From: an uncultured Gammaproteobacteria bacterium
GTDB taxonomy: Bacteria > Patescibacteriota > Patescibacteriia > Veblenbacterales > UBA10138
Length of the DNA: 64,000 bases
Assembly: GCA_964453605.1 (NCBI GenBank)
Contig: CAYVOI010000001.1
Span: 102,276 to 166,275 of the forward strand
Direction: 5' to 3'
Below the pieces are notes generated by a model that saw only the letters and a program-made list of their open reading frames with translations, searched no databases and had not been told where the DNA came from. The position numbers were made by a program, and so were the translations under genes. Below are positions 26,493 to 36,944 of this stretch, piece after piece (position 1 is the stretch's first letter; each line of letters begins with the position of its first letter).

Positions 26493-27482
26493 TTAAGCTA
26501 ACCCCATCCGTTCCTTTACATCTTGCAGCGTTTTCTGCGCGATAAGGCGAGCTTGGTCGCGACCGGCCCGTAAGATGCGCGTTACCTCCTGTGGCTTGGC
26601 CGCCAGCTCAGCCCGGCGCGCCTGAATAGGCTTCAGGGTTTTGATAATAGCTTCAGCTAGGAGCGGCTTGAACTCACTGTACTTAAGCTCGCCTGCGCGG
26701 TACTGTTCCTCCAAGCTTTGCTTGGTGGGTTTGTCGTCCGAGAGCACCTTAAACAGGTCCAGCAGGTTCCTGCCACCTGTGACGGCGCCTTGGTCAGAGC
26801 CCTGGTCGGTGACCGCTTTGGCTATCTTTTTCCGAATAGTGTCAGGGGAGTCGCTCAGAGCGATGTAGTGCCCACTGCCAGAAGACTTGGCCATTTTTCT
26901 AGCGGGCTCTAAGAGCGACATGACCCGCGGCACGGTGGCTTCATACGCTTTGGGCTCTTTGAAGTACTCACCAAAGGTGCTGTTGAACTTGCGCACCAAG
27001 GTGCGGGTGAGCTCGAGGTGCTGGTACTGGTCTTCGCCCACGGGTACCAGGTCAGGGTGGTAGAGCAGAATATCAGCCGCCATGAGCACGGGGTAGTTGA
27101 GGAGCCCGGCGTTCACCGGTTCGTGCTGCTCCCGTGCTTTTTCTTTGTACTGCGTCATGCGTTCCAGTTCCCCTAAGGGGGTGATGGTGTTGAGCAGCCA
27201 GGCGAGCTCGGCGTGTTCAGGGATTTGCGACTGAACAAAGATGACACACTGTTCTGGGTTCAACCCGGCCGCGAGGTAGTCCAGCGCAATTTCATGCACC
27301 TGACCGGGCATGGCTTTGGGGTCGTAGGGTACGGTGATAGCGTGCAGGTCTACAATGCAGAAAAAGCAGCGGTTGTCTGCTTGCAGGTGCACCCAGTTCT
27401 TTAAGGCACCGAGGTAGTTACCAAGGTGAAGCTCGCCTGATGGCTTTATGCCCGAGAGTATTACCTTACCTTTGGGGAACAT
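26493..27482 (-). CDS. trpS: tryptophanyl-tRNA synthetase
   Basis: HIGH-type block GIKPSGELHLGNYLGAL and KMSKS block KMAKSSG. 329 aa, class I. Confidence 0.9.
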   Translation of the reverse strand: MFPKGKVILSGIKPSGELHLGNYLGALKNWVHLQADNRCFFCIVDLHAITVPYDPKAMPGQVHEIALDYLAAGLNPEQCVIFVQSQIPEHAELAWLLNTITPLGELERMTQYKEKAREQHEPVNAGLLNYPVLMAADILLYHPDLVPVGEDQYQHLELTRTLVRKFNSTFGEYFKEPKAYEATVPRVMSLLEPARKMAKSSGSGHYIALSDSPDTIRKKIAKAVTDQGSDQGAVTGGRNLLDLFKVLSDDKPTKQSLEEQYRAGELKYSEFKPLLAEAIIKTLKPIQARRAELAAKPQEVTRILRAGRDQARLIAQKTLQDVKERMGLA

Positions 27483-27569
27483 AGTTGTGAGTTGATAGTT
27501 CGTAGTCGTTAGTTCTTAGTATAGAGCAGCGGGTGGTACTTTAGGAACTATAGACTATCACCTAAGAAC

Positions 27570-29375
27570 TTAAACTTCAATTACCACCGGGAGTATCATG
27601 GGCCGGCGCTCTATTTTCTGGAACAGGAACTGGCCTAGGTCGTTGCGGAGTTTGTCTTTGAGGTAGGCTTCATCGGGTCTGCCCTTGTCGCCGTCGCCAT
27701 GGAGAATGTGCTTGACCTTGGTGCGCATTTCTTCAATCAAGCGTCGGTTGTCTTTCATGTACACAAACCCACGTGAGATAATGTCGGGACTCCCAACCAC
27801 CTTGCCGGTTTTGCCATCCACTGTTGCCACCACCACCACCATGCCGTCGGTAGCCAGGGCTTGCCGGTCCCTGAGCACGACGTGGGAAACGTCGCCCACT
27901 CCCAGGCCGTCCACAAACACGTACTCAATGGGGATTTTTTGTGCCAGCACCTTAACGCCAGTGCGCGAGGCTTCCGCCACACTGCCGTTGTCGAGGTAGA
28001 GAATGTTTTGCGGTGGGAAGCCTATGGACATAGCTACCTTGCCCGCCTCCTTCAACATATAGTGGTTGGCGTAGACGGGGATGAGGTATTTAGGTTTTAC
28101 CTGGCGAATGAGGAGCTTAATATCCTCAATAAAGGCGTGGCCACCACCGTGCACGTCCATAAGCTCTTTGTGAATGACGTTGTCGCACTGCCGGTAGAGC
28201 GTATCTTTGAGACGCTGAATCGTACGTTCGTTACCAGGGATGACCGACGAGGAGAAGATTATAGTATCTTTGCGCTGTATTTTTATTGAGCGGTGTTCGC
28301 CTGAAGCGATGCGGTTTAAGACCGCGCGGTCTTCACCCTGGGCGCCGGTACAGACGACGATAACCTTGTTCTCGGGGTAGTCATGAATACGCTTAACGTC
28401 AATGACCGTCTGTGGGCGGAACTTGAGGTAGCCAACCTTTTTGGCGATTTCGACGTTCATTTTCATGGAGTAGCCGTCGAGCGCCACCTTTTTCCCAAGC
28501 TGCTCGGCAATCGAGATGAGCCAGCCCACCCGCTCCACCATGGAGGCGAAAGTAGCGATGATAACCCTGCCGGGTGCGTGCTCAATAATGCGCTTAATGG
28601 TGCGGAACACCTCAACCTCGGGGATTTGTGAACCTTCTTTGGTAGAACCTAGGGATTCCATCATGAGAACGGATGGCGTGGTGCGTGTGTTCCAGCGTGC
28701 CAGGTGTGAGAAGTCAGTTGGTTTGCCAGTCACCGGGGAGAGGTCATAGCGCCAGTCACCGGGGTGAATAACGTTCGCCACTGGCGTTTGAACAATAACG
28801 CCAAAGGCATCCATGATGGAGTGCGTGACGTCGAAAAAGCCTACGCGAATGCTCCCTAGGGTAATTTGCTCGTTGGCAGACTTAATTTCATAAGCTTTGA
28901 GGAAGCGTTGGAGGTTGGTTTCCTCTAAGCGCCGGCGGACCAAGGCCAGTGTCATTTTACTGGCGTAGACTGGCGGCCACCCCAGCTGGGGCAGAATGTG
29001 CGGCAGGGCGCCAATGTGGTCCAAGTGGCCGTGCGAAAGCACTAGCCCTCGAATGTTACGCTCTTTGCCCCTGAGGTAGCGAATGTCGGGGACAATGTAG
29101 TCTATGCCCGGCATGTCCTCTTCAGGGAACTGGAGACCGGCGTCGAGTATCATAATATCGCTGCCATACTCGAATACGGTCATGTTGCGGCCCACTTCCT
29201 CTTGGCCCCCGAGGGGGATAATGCGCAAGCGCGGCTCACCGCTCGGGGCAGGTTGAAGCATGTCGCCTGGTTTTTGTCCGGGTAGTGTGCCGCCCGGGTG
29301 CGGCGCACCAAACCCTCGGCGCATAGGTGGCCGTGCATTTCGGTGCTTAAAACGGTTGAATCGTTCATTAGTCAT
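27570..29375 (-). CDS. rnj: ribonuclease J (metallo-beta-lactamase/beta-CASP)
   Basis: LSHGHLDHIGALP zinc motif, beta-CASP region, about 600 aa. Confidence 0.85.
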   Translation of the reverse strand: MTNERFNRFKHRNARPPMRRGFGAPHPGGTLPGQKPGDMLQPAPSGEPRLRIIPLGGQEEVGRNMTVFEYGSDIMILDAGLQFPEEDMPGIDYIVPDIRYLRGKERNIRGLVLSHGHLDHIGALPHILPQLGWPPVYASKMTLALVRRRLEETNLQRFLKAYEIKSANEQITLGSIRVGFFDVTHSIMDAFGVIVQTPVANVIHPGDWRYDLSPVTGKPTDFSHLARWNTRTTPSVLMMESLGSTKEGSQIPEVEVFRTIKRIIEHAPGRVIIATFASMVERVGWLISIAEQLGKKVALDGYSMKMNVEIAKKVGYLKFRPQTVIDVKRIHDYPENKVIVVCTGAQGEDRAVLNRIASGEHRSIKIQRKDTIIFSSSVIPGNERTIQRLKDTLYRQCDNVIHKELMDVHGGGHAFIEDIKLLIRQVKPKYLIPVYANHYMLKEAGKVAMSIGFPPQNILYLDNGSVAEASRTGVKVLAQKIPIEYVFVDGLGVGDVSHVVLRDRQALATDGMVVVVATVDGKTGKVVGSPDIISRGFVYMKDNRRLIEEMRTKVKHILHGDGDKGRPDEAYLKDKLRNDLGQFLFQKIERRPMILPVVIEV

Positions 29376-29511
29376 ATCTGTGTAGGGCTAGCAGAGCTAG
29401 CGGTTGTTAGTTATAGAATTCAGTAGTTAGGCTATCCTCGTGCAGTTGGTGGGCAAGCCCTGAAGTAGAACCCCGTTCACTTCAGGGTAAAGGCTCTAGT
29501 TTCTGTACATG

Positions 29512-29598
29512 TGGTGGGCGAGGAGGGAGTCGAACCCTCAATCCCTTGCGGGCACTAGCTCCTGAAGCTAGCGCGTATGCCAGTTCCGCCACTCGCCC
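29512..29598 (-). tRNA. tRNA-Leu (anticodon CAG), type II with long variable arm
   Basis: Reverse complement GGGCGAG-TG-GCG-GAACTGGCATA-CGC-G-CTAGC-TTCAGGA-GCTAG-TGCCCGCAAGGGATT-GAGGG-TTCGACT-CCCTC-CTCGCCC-A-CCA. Confidence 0.85.
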
Positions 29599-29734
29599 AG
29601 CACATGTATAGAAGTATTTCGGTTGGCTCTGCAATGAACCGTAGGTTCTACTGCAGGGTTCCGCCCCTGCCCCGTAGCGACCTTCGGGTCTGCTGCGGGG
29701 ACTTGCCCCCCAAGTGCACGTGATAGCTAGTGAG

Positions 29735-31528
29735 TTAATGGTTCCAGTGGCGGGTAGTTTTCCGGTACCACTGGTTAAGGTTGGTAAAGCGATCGGCGGG
29801 CTGCCCTATAACCTCCGGTACCGTGGCAGAAATATCTTTCGCCAGGGCGTAGTGGTAGGTTTCGCTGTAGAGGAAGGTGGCTGGGCTGTCGTCGTTGAGA
29901 ATTTGCGCCAGACGCTGGTAGTTCGTTTGCCGGAGTGTAGCGTCACTGCTCTGGCGAACTTCCGTTAAGAGCCGGTCCGCTTCACGGTTCTGGAAGCCCG
30001 ATAGGTTCAGGCCAGGCGCAGCCACTTGCGAGGAGTGCCAGAACGGGTACAGGTCTGAGGTTGCCCCCACAATTTCCCGGAGCAGCAGTACCTGGAAGCT
30101 CCGGGGAGTGATAACCTCATCGAGGAGCTGTGCGCCTGGCACCAGGTTAAGCTTCACGCTCACCCCAGCCGCTTCCCACTGCTGCTTGATGGCTCCAGCC
30201 ACCTCGAGCAGCGTGCCCTGGTCAGTGGTAGTCAGGGTTACCTCGAGCGGTGTGCTGCCGTTCTGGTACACACCACTGCCGCTGCGCTTGAACCCGGCTT
30301 GCTCGAGGAGCTGTGCCGCAGTAGCAGGGTCAAAGCGTACGGGTGTAGCTGGCCGCAGCTCGGGGCGTGTGAATGGCCCGGCGGTTGGGCTAGCTCCTGC
30401 TTCCACGGTCTGCTGTATGAGCTCAGTACGGTTGATAGCGTAGCCCAGGGCTTGGCGCACCGCGCGAGACTTCAGGAGCGGGTCGCGTTCGTTGTAGAAA
30501 AGCGCGGTGTACTGAGGTAGCTGCAACTCGTGGCTGGCAAACTTGCTGACGCTGATAGCGGCTTCAACATCGGGGTTGTTGCCCCCCACACCATCAACCG
30601 CACCTTGGCGCAGGTCGTCTATTAAGCTCGGGGCATCGGGGTAGAACCGGAGTATAATTCTGGTGAGGAACGGTTTGGTAGTGTGGGTGAACGCGTTGGG
30701 TACTAGGGTGTAGGTGCTAAGGTTACCAACCTCATCGCGGGTTAAACTCTGAAACCGCCAGGGGCCTGTGCCAACCGCTTGTAGGTTAGCGGGTGCGGCT
30801 GGCCAGTCAGCCACGGCCACCTTGGACCACACGTGCTCGGGCAGTAAGCCCAAGGTTAGGTTCTCCAGAAAATTGGGGTAGGGTGTAGGCAAGCTGAAGC
30901 TTACGGTGGCTACGCCCTGCTGTGCTATCTTCACACCCGCAAAGCTCTGGCGGAGCGGGCTCCTGAGGTCAGGGTTTTGTAGGGTTTGAAAGGTGAACGT
31001 AACATCGTTAGCGTTTAGGGGGTAGCCGTCGGACCACTGCAGGTTTGGTTTCAGGGTTACCAGGTAGGTTTTGTGGTCGGTGCTCGCGCTCCAGTCTTGT
31101 GCCAAGTCGGGTACCACCTGGCCGTTGGCGTCGTGTTGGAACAGGCCGCGGTAAGTAAGTTTACCTAGGTCAAGCTCAGCGCCGCTTTGGGCCAGGAGTG
31201 GGTTAGCGGTGGCTGGAGTACCGATTATGCCCTCGGTGTACTCATCACCAACTTTTGCTACGGGCGTGGTGTGCTTTAGGTACCACCGGCTGCCGATGAG
31301 CCCTAGGCTCAAGAGGCACAGGGCTAGCAGCCCTAGGCCAATGCGCCGTTCAGTTTCAGACAGGGTACGAGGTAAGAGCTTGAGCTGGTTTAAACTCGGT
31401 GCGGTTCGGGCCGTTACTCGGCGGAGCGTATCGTGGGCGGCACTTTCGCTCGGGCCGTAGAAGAGTTTTACAACTGCACGCCCGAAGCGGCTCGCCCGTT
31501 CGCGGAACGTGCTCGTGAATAGAGGCAA
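29735..31528 (-). CDS. membrane-anchored ABC transporter substrate-binding protein (family 5, peptide/nickel type)
   Basis: N-terminal TM anchor IGLGLLALCLLSLGLIGSRWYL. About 550-aa periplasmic domain with the family-5 SBP character. No permease genes are adjacent. Confidence 0.5.
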   Translation of the reverse strand: MPLFTSTFRERASRFGRAVVKLFYGPSESAAHDTLRRVTARTAPSLNQLKLLPRTLSETERRIGLGLLALCLLSLGLIGSRWYLKHTTPVAKVGDEYTEGIIGTPATANPLLAQSGAELDLGKLTYRGLFQHDANGQVVPDLAQDWSASTDHKTYLVTLKPNLQWSDGYPLNANDVTFTFQTLQNPDLRSPLRQSFAGVKIAQQGVATVSFSLPTPYPNFLENLTLGLLPEHVWSKVAVADWPAAPANLQAVGTGPWRFQSLTRDEVGNLSTYTLVPNAFTHTTKPFLTRIILRFYPDAPSLIDDLRQGAVDGVGGNNPDVEAAISVSKFASHELQLPQYTALFYNERDPLLKSRAVRQALGYAINRTELIQQTVEAGASPTAGPFTRPELRPATPVRFDPATAAQLLEQAGFKRSGSGVYQNGSTPLEVTLTTTDQGTLLEVAGAIKQQWEAAGVSVKLNLVPGAQLLDEVITPRSFQVLLLREIVGATSDLYPFWHSSQVAAPGLNLSGFQNREADRLLTEVRQSSDATLRQTNYQRLAQILNDDSPATFLYSETYHYALAKDISATVPEVIGQPADRFTNLNQWYRKTTRHWNH

Positions 31529-31550
31529 CGTAGAGATAGCGGGTTGATGA

Positions 31551-31778
31551 CTACTGACCGAGGAAGTTCCAGGCCCCCAGGCCTAAGAAAGCCGCAGCCA
31601 GTACAATAGTAGCAATGAAGAGTACCTTTTCTACTCCACGCTTGGTGCGGTAGACGTTACCTTCACCACCAAAAATTCCACCTAAGCCTGCACCTCGGTT
31701 CTGGAGTAGAATAGCCAAAATGAGCAGTAAGCTTACTACCAGGACAGCAATTTGGACGTAACTAGACATTTCAGTCAA
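31551..31778 (-). CDS. secG: preprotein translocase subunit SecG
   Basis: 75 aa. LLQNRGAGLGGIFGG...RGVEKVLFIATIVLAAAF matches SecG (LLQ..kg.G.g..FGG). Confidence 0.7.
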   Translation of the reverse strand: MTEMSSYVQIAVLVVSLLLILAILLQNRGAGLGGIFGGEGNVYRTKRGVEKVLFIATIVLAAAFLGLGAWNFLGQ

Positions 31779-31930
31779 AATAAAAAAGCCAAGTGGCGTA
31801 TCAAGTTCGTGCTCAGCATACCACAGTGCAGTATTTCTGTCAATCCCGTGATAATAAATACCAGCGGCTCAATTGCGGAGTCGCTGGTAAATGGTACTGG
31901 TGTACGATGGTGGTCCAGGTGAGTCTAACC

Positions 31931-32542
31931 TTAGGCTCGCTTATCAGATTGGCTGCCTTGTTCCAGTACTGCTTCTGCGGTTTCCTTGGCGTGCAGCCTG
32001 CCTCGGTACTCGGTAAGGTCGGGCATCTTGAAGCCAAACGCGGCAGCAAGGGCATCAACGCGCTGGAACTGTTTCAGCGCTCGTTTTGCATCGTAGAAGA
32101 GTGAGTCTTCAGCTACATTGAGCTGCTCGTAGCGGGCATTGCTTTCGTTAGTGGTTTTGTGCAACTCCAGCTCTCTGTCGCTCCTGACCTTGGTGTACAG
32201 GTGATCAGCGGTGTCGTACATGGCCGCGTACCAGGCGAGTCTCATGTCAACCAGGGAGCTGAGAGCAGTTTTGGCGTACTCTTGCTTGGTCCGCGGCGGC
32301 TCGCACCTGAACTCGGTGCGGAATCGGTGTTCGCTGAAACGGATCATAGTCAACAGTACAATGCTCGCCAGGACGGCGGTTGATAACAGCACGGTGTACT
32401 TTATCATCGACGGATCGAAGAAGGTGATATTTTCTTCGAGTACGATACCCGCTCCGAGGGCGATGAACATTATAGTGGTACCCAGTAACACTGGGGCAAC
32501 CTCTTCCCGTTCTTGGCATAGCAACGCTCGAAATTTACTCAT
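31931..32542 (-). CDS. two-TM membrane protein with helical cytoplasmic tail, hypothetical
   Basis: Start placed at MSKFRALL (SD AAGGAG). TM1 VLLGTTIMFIALGAGIVL and TM2 YTVLLSTAVLASIVLLTMI. The architecture resembles SLATT-type effector domains, but that is speculation. Confidence 0.4.
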   Translation of the reverse strand: MSKFRALLCQEREEVAPVLLGTTIMFIALGAGIVLEENITFFDPSMIKYTVLLSTAVLASIVLLTMIRFSEHRFRTEFRCEPPRTKQEYAKTALSSLVDMRLAWYAAMYDTADHLYTKVRSDRELELHKTTNESNARYEQLNVAEDSLFYDAKRALKQFQRVDALAAAFGFKMPDLTEYRGRLHAKETAEAVLEQGSQSDKRA

Positions 32543-32634
32543 TGTATTTCTCCTTAATTTTGTGTTTGTGTTATGGTTTATGGGTGCTGCTAAGTAACGT
32601 TTTTGTGCTTTACTTTTAGTACTATTAGGAAAGT

Positions 32635-34722
32635 TTGTCAATACCCCTCCCTATGTCGCCCCACGACTTTTTAGCCGGTCTTAATGAACCACAACAGCAA
32701 GCCGTTACCACTACCGAAGGCCCAGTGCTTGTACTGGCCGGGGCCGGTAGCGGTAAAACGCGCACGTTGGTGCACCGTTTAGCCTACCTTATCTCGGTCC
32801 GCAAGGTACCAGCCCGGAGCGTATTGGCCGTAACCTTTACCAATAAAGCGGCTCAGGCCATGCGAGCCCGGGTGGCTGCTCTCCTGCGGCGGCCACTTAC
32901 CCAAGCGGGGCCTACCGTGGGTACGTTTCATGCGGTGTCGTGCCGGTTCCTCAGGGCTGAAGCCAAACACCTTGGCTACCCAGCCCACTTTTCTATTTAC
33001 GATGAGGATGATCAAAAGTCGTTGATCAAAGAAGCGTTTAGGGATCTTAATTTTAGCGTTAAGAGTTTGCAGCCAGGTGCGGTACTTAATGCCATTTCAC
33101 GTGCTAAGGCGGAGCTTATCAACCCTGAGGCCTATGCTCGGGAGGTGGCGGATGATTACTTTAGTGAAAAAGTAGCGCGTGTGTATGTGCGCTACCAGGA
33201 GCTCCTTAGACAGAACAAGGCGTACGACTTTGACGACCTGATTGGCGAAACCGTGCGCTTGTGGCAAGAGTACCCTGAGGTGTTAGCGCGCTACCAAGAC
33301 ACCTTCCGCTACCTTTTGGTTGACGAGTATCAGGATGTTAACCGCGCTCAGTACGTGTGGACTAAGCTGTTAGCCCAGAAGTATCAGAACCTGTGCGTGG
33401 TAGGGGATGATTGGCAATCTATCTACGGCTGGCGCGGTGCCGACTTTGGCAACATCCTGCGCTTTGCTGAAGACTACCCCAAGGCCAAGGTCATCAAGCT
33501 CGAACAAAACTACCGCTCCACCAAAGTCATCATCGCGGCCTCTAACGCCGTGATGGCGAAAGCCGAGCGCAAGGCCGACAAGCTGCTCTGGACCGAGAAC
33601 GCGCAAGGCGAACCTATTAGCGTAACCGAGGTGGAGGACGAGGTGGCCGAGGCTAGGTTTGTAGTGGAAGAGGTGATGAACCTAGCCCAAGGTAAGCATA
33701 CAGCAAACCCAGATAACGAGGTTGAGCTCTTGCCGGATCAGGAACTAGGTACTGATTCTGAGGGCGCGGCGCCACAGAAACTGCCTGACTACATGCAGGT
33801 GAAGCGTTACCAGGGTAACCGCGAGGTGTTGAAGCAGTTTGTGGTGCTTTACCGCACCAACGCTCAGAGCCGGGCGCTGGAAGAAGCCTGCTTGAGGGCC
33901 GGGCTGCCTTACCAACTAGTAGGTGCACTCAGGTTTTATGAACGCCGCGAGGTGAAAGACGTACTGGCCTACTTGAGGCTTATACTAAACCCAGCCGATG
34001 GGGTGAGTTTTGAGCGCGCTATTTTAAGTTCGCCTCGTGGTGTGGGGCTTACTACTGTGGAGCAAGTGCTGCAGTTGGCACAGAGTAAAAAGGTCACGCC
34101 GCTTGAAGCAGCCGAGTTTAGCGAACTTAAGCTAGCTCCGGCGCGTCAAGAACCGCTGCTGGGGTTTGCCCAGCTCATTCAAAACTTAAACAAAGGTTTG
34201 AGCATGCATACAGTCAGTGACCTTATAGATGCGGTGGCACAAGGTGGCGGGTTGGTCACGCACCTACGCGACGGCTCTGCTCAGGGCGAGGCGCGCTTAG
34301 AAAACATTGAAGAGCTAAAGACTGTGGCTGAGGAGCGAGCGCCGGGTAAGGGGCAGGCCGCACTCGAACGGTTTCTCACTGACGTTAGCCTATGGCAAGA
34401 CCAGGACACCTTTGACCAGGAAAAAGGCGGCCTCACGCTTATGACCGTGCATGCGGCTAAGGGGTTAGAATTCGACACCGTGTTCATTGTCGGTATGGAA
34501 GAGGGGTTGTTCCCGCACACTTCATCTTTAGACGACCCGCGGGAGCTTGAAGAGGAACGCCGTTTGGCTTACGTCGCTCTAACCCGCGCTCGGCACAAAG
34601 TGTACTGCATCTACGCCACCAATCGGCGTTTATTTGGAAGCCTAGTAGTTGGGTTACCATCACGGTTCTTGGGCGAGTTGCCGGAGGAGCTTACCACTTC
34701 ACAGGTAGTGAATCCGTTCTAG
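32635..34722 (+). CDS. uvrD: UvrD/PcrA-family ATP-dependent DNA helicase
   Basis: Motif I VLAGAGSGKTRTL, motif II LLVDEYQDVN, and VVGDDWQSIYGWRGA. Confidence 0.85.
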   Translation: MSIPLPMSPHDFLAGLNEPQQQAVTTTEGPVLVLAGAGSGKTRTLVHRLAYLISVRKVPARSVLAVTFTNKAAQAMRARVAALLRRPLTQAGPTVGTFHAVSCRFLRAEAKHLGYPAHFSIYDEDDQKSLIKEAFRDLNFSVKSLQPGAVLNAISRAKAELINPEAYAREVADDYFSEKVARVYVRYQELLRQNKAYDFDDLIGETVRLWQEYPEVLARYQDTFRYLLVDEYQDVNRAQYVWTKLLAQKYQNLCVVGDDWQSIYGWRGADFGNILRFAEDYPKAKVIKLEQNYRSTKVIIAASNAVMAKAERKADKLLWTENAQGEPISVTEVEDEVAEARFVVEEVMNLAQGKHTANPDNEVELLPDQELGTDSEGAAPQKLPDYMQVKRYQGNREVLKQFVVLYRTNAQSRALEEACLRAGLPYQLVGALRFYERREVKDVLAYLRLILNPADGVSFERAILSSPRGVGLTTVEQVLQLAQSKKVTPLEAAEFSELKLAPARQEPLLGFAQLIQNLNKGLSMHTVSDLIDAVAQGGGLVTHLRDGSAQGEARLENIEELKTVAEERAPGKGQAALERFLTDVSLWQDQDTFDQEKGGLTLMTVHAAKGLEFDTVFIVGMEEGLFPHTSSLDDPRELEEERRLAYVALTRARHKVYCIYATNRRLFGSLVVGLPSRFLGELPEELTTSQVVNPF

Positions 34723-34731
34723 AAAAAGCAA

Positions 34732-34755
34732 CGCACCGCGGTAAATTGCGGTGCG
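34732..34755. terminator. bidirectional terminator hairpin
   Basis: CGCACCGC-ggtaaatt-GCGGTGCG. Confidence 0.55.
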
Positions 34756-34784
34756 AGCGAGAAACTTGTTGTAGGGCGTCGCCT

Positions 34785-34967
34785 TTATTTGTGGAACGCG
34801 AGCTCTTCGTGTGGATCAAGCTCAATTAGCTCGTTGGGCTCGGGAATCTGTTTGGGTGTAGAGCGGACTTTGTGCATTGCGGCTATGACCACGCTGCCCA
34901 GTGCAGCGAACACAAATACAGTGACGATCTTTTTCATCATGTTGTCCTTTTGTGTTTTGTGATACAC
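34785..34967 (-). CDS. small membrane protein (60 aa), hypothetical
   Basis: One TM helix IVTVFVFAALGSVVIAAM. Weak support. Confidence 0.3.
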   Translation of the reverse strand: MYHKTQKDNMMKKIVTVFVFAALGSVVIAAMHKVRSTPKQIPEPNELIELDPHEELAFHK

Positions 34968-35024
34968 GGTTAATTAGCGAACAGAACATGATAGCACGTT
35001 GAGGTAAAATGTCAAGTCCTTAGG

Positions 35025-36779
35025 CTATCCACTCAGGTACTGCTTGATACCGCTGGCACGTTTGCTCCCCACAATGTTAGCTAGCTCTTCGCTCGAGGCG
35101 TTCCTAACTTTAGTGAGTGAGCCGAACTTGGCCTTGAGCTTACGTTTCAGTACTGGTCCAACGCCAGGCAGTTCATCCCAACCAGAACGCACGCTGACCT
35201 TACGGTGGCGCGAGCGGTAGAAGGTTATACCAAAACGATGTGCCTCATCTCTAAGTTCTTGTAAGATAAGTCGGGCCGGAGAATCAGCCGGTAGTTTAAC
35301 TGGTTCGGCACGGTTCGGGAGGTAAATAAGTTCTTCGCGTTTAGCGAGCGCGAGCAGGGGAACCCGTACCTCAACTTCTCTGAGAGTTCGGCTCACTATC
35401 GACAGCTGACCTGAGCCCCCATCGAGCATCACAAGGTCAGGCTTGGGCCAGTCATGATTCTTAGTAAAGCGGCGCTCGAGCATTTGCGCCAGCATAGCGA
35501 AGTCGTTGGGACCTTTGAGGCCAGTGATTTTAAACTTACGGTACTGTTTAGGGTCAGGTAGGCCGTGGGTTAAGACGACCATGGCACCAACCGCCGAGGT
35601 GCCTTGGATGTTGGAAATGTCGTAGCCCTCTATGCGGTTGGGGCGTTCAGGCAGACGAGCCAGCTCTTGCAGTTCTGCCAGGCCAAGCCGAGCTCGCGTC
35701 TGCCGCCGAGTAATGCTGGCCGCACTTTGGTCTAGGTAGTTTTGGGCTGCGGCTTCAGCCATTTTGAGCAGTGAGCGCTTTTGCCCGCGCTCCGGAACCT
35801 GTAGCGTGCTGTTAGGTAGGCGAACTTCACGGAGCGCCTGGCGGAGGTAGATGGTTTTTACGCGCTCAGTGTTTTGAGGGTAGTACTGTTCTACAAAGCC
35901 ACTTAGAATTTCCGCGTCAGTCAGTTTAGTTGTGTGGTCGAGCAGGAAGTGTTCAGCGTCCAACAGTACGCCGCGCCGTACCGGTAGCCTGGTAACGGCG
36001 GCACTATCACTCGTACGCCCCAGGCCCAGTACGTCGTAGCTCTCGCGCCGCGGCGAAAGTACGTTCTGTTTTACCGCCAGGCGCTCCAGGGCCCGCTTTT
36101 GGTCGCGGAGTTTAGCTGCCAGCTCAAACTGCCGTGTGGTGGCCGCCTGGGCCATGCTGTGCTCGAGTGAACCAACTAGTTCTCGTACTTCGCCTTTGAG
36201 TACCTGCTCAAGTGAGCGTAGCTGCTTGCGGTAGCGCTGTTTGCTGCCTGGACCAAGGTTGTGTCCCAGGCAACGCCCCAGGCGACTATCAAAGCAGGGT
36301 TTGTCGCTCGGGTTGGTGCACGTTCTGAGGGCGAGTACTTTTTTGAGAAACCTTAAGCTGTCGCGAGGAGTTGATGCCGCGGGGTAGGGGCCAAAGTACT
36401 TCACCCCACGCGTGGTTGGTCGGCGCTCCAAAAATACCCGCGGGTAGGCTTCGCGGTAGTCAATAGCAATGTACAGCCAGCTCTTATCATCCTTTAGTAC
36501 TACGTTGTAGGGCGGCTGGTGCTGCTTAATAAGGTTACCCTCGAGCAGCAAGGCTTCGGCCTCGTTCTTTACCACGGTCGTTTGCAGGTGGTGTACCTCA
36601 CCAACCATCACGCGTTTGGCTGGGCTGAGTTCAGCAGCCTTTTGGAAGTACGATCGTACCCGTGAGCGTAGGTTTTTGGCTTTGCCGACGTAGAGGAGTC
36701 TGTCTTGGCGGTTGAAAAACTCGTAAATACCTGGGCCGGCAGGAAGCCTCTGTAGTTGGCGACTGAGCACTTTGGGCAT
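35025..36779 (-). CDS. uvrC: excinuclease ABC subunit C
   Basis: GIY-YIG block GIYEFFNRQDRLLYVGKAKNLRSRVRSY, UvrBC-interaction region, and C-terminal RNaseH-like/HhH. Confidence 0.9.
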   Translation of the reverse strand: MPKVLSRQLQRLPAGPGIYEFFNRQDRLLYVGKAKNLRSRVRSYFQKAAELSPAKRVMVGEVHHLQTTVVKNEAEALLLEGNLIKQHQPPYNVVLKDDKSWLYIAIDYREAYPRVFLERRPTTRGVKYFGPYPAASTPRDSLRFLKKVLALRTCTNPSDKPCFDSRLGRCLGHNLGPGSKQRYRKQLRSLEQVLKGEVRELVGSLEHSMAQAATTRQFELAAKLRDQKRALERLAVKQNVLSPRRESYDVLGLGRTSDSAAVTRLPVRRGVLLDAEHFLLDHTTKLTDAEILSGFVEQYYPQNTERVKTIYLRQALREVRLPNSTLQVPERGQKRSLLKMAEAAAQNYLDQSAASITRRQTRARLGLAELQELARLPERPNRIEGYDISNIQGTSAVGAMVVLTHGLPDPKQYRKFKITGLKGPNDFAMLAQMLERRFTKNHDWPKPDLVMLDGGSGQLSIVSRTLREVEVRVPLLALAKREELIYLPNRAEPVKLPADSPARLILQELRDEAHRFGITFYRSRHRKVSVRSGWDELPGVGPVLKRKLKAKFGSLTKVRNASSEELANIVGSKRASGIKQYLSG

Positions 36780-36944
36780 ATACGTAAGTATAGTCTGGTA
36801 GTTGACAAAACTGCTACCCGCCGCTCCACCGAACTGGCGGAGCTCTTTAACTGGTCAAAGTGTTTGACAGTGGCCCCAAAAATTGTTAGGTTCACCTCAG
36901 TACCCCCCAAAAAGTCAACACCAACCTAAAATAGTTCTGAGGAG

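Noticed and set aside
27483-27569. T-box riboswitch upstream of trpS
   Set aside because: Only 87 bp separate trpS from rnj. The region holds one imperfect inverted repeat (AGTTCTTAGTATAG...CTATAGACT..CTAAGAACT), which is too short for a T-box leader. It is more likely a simple attenuator or terminator.
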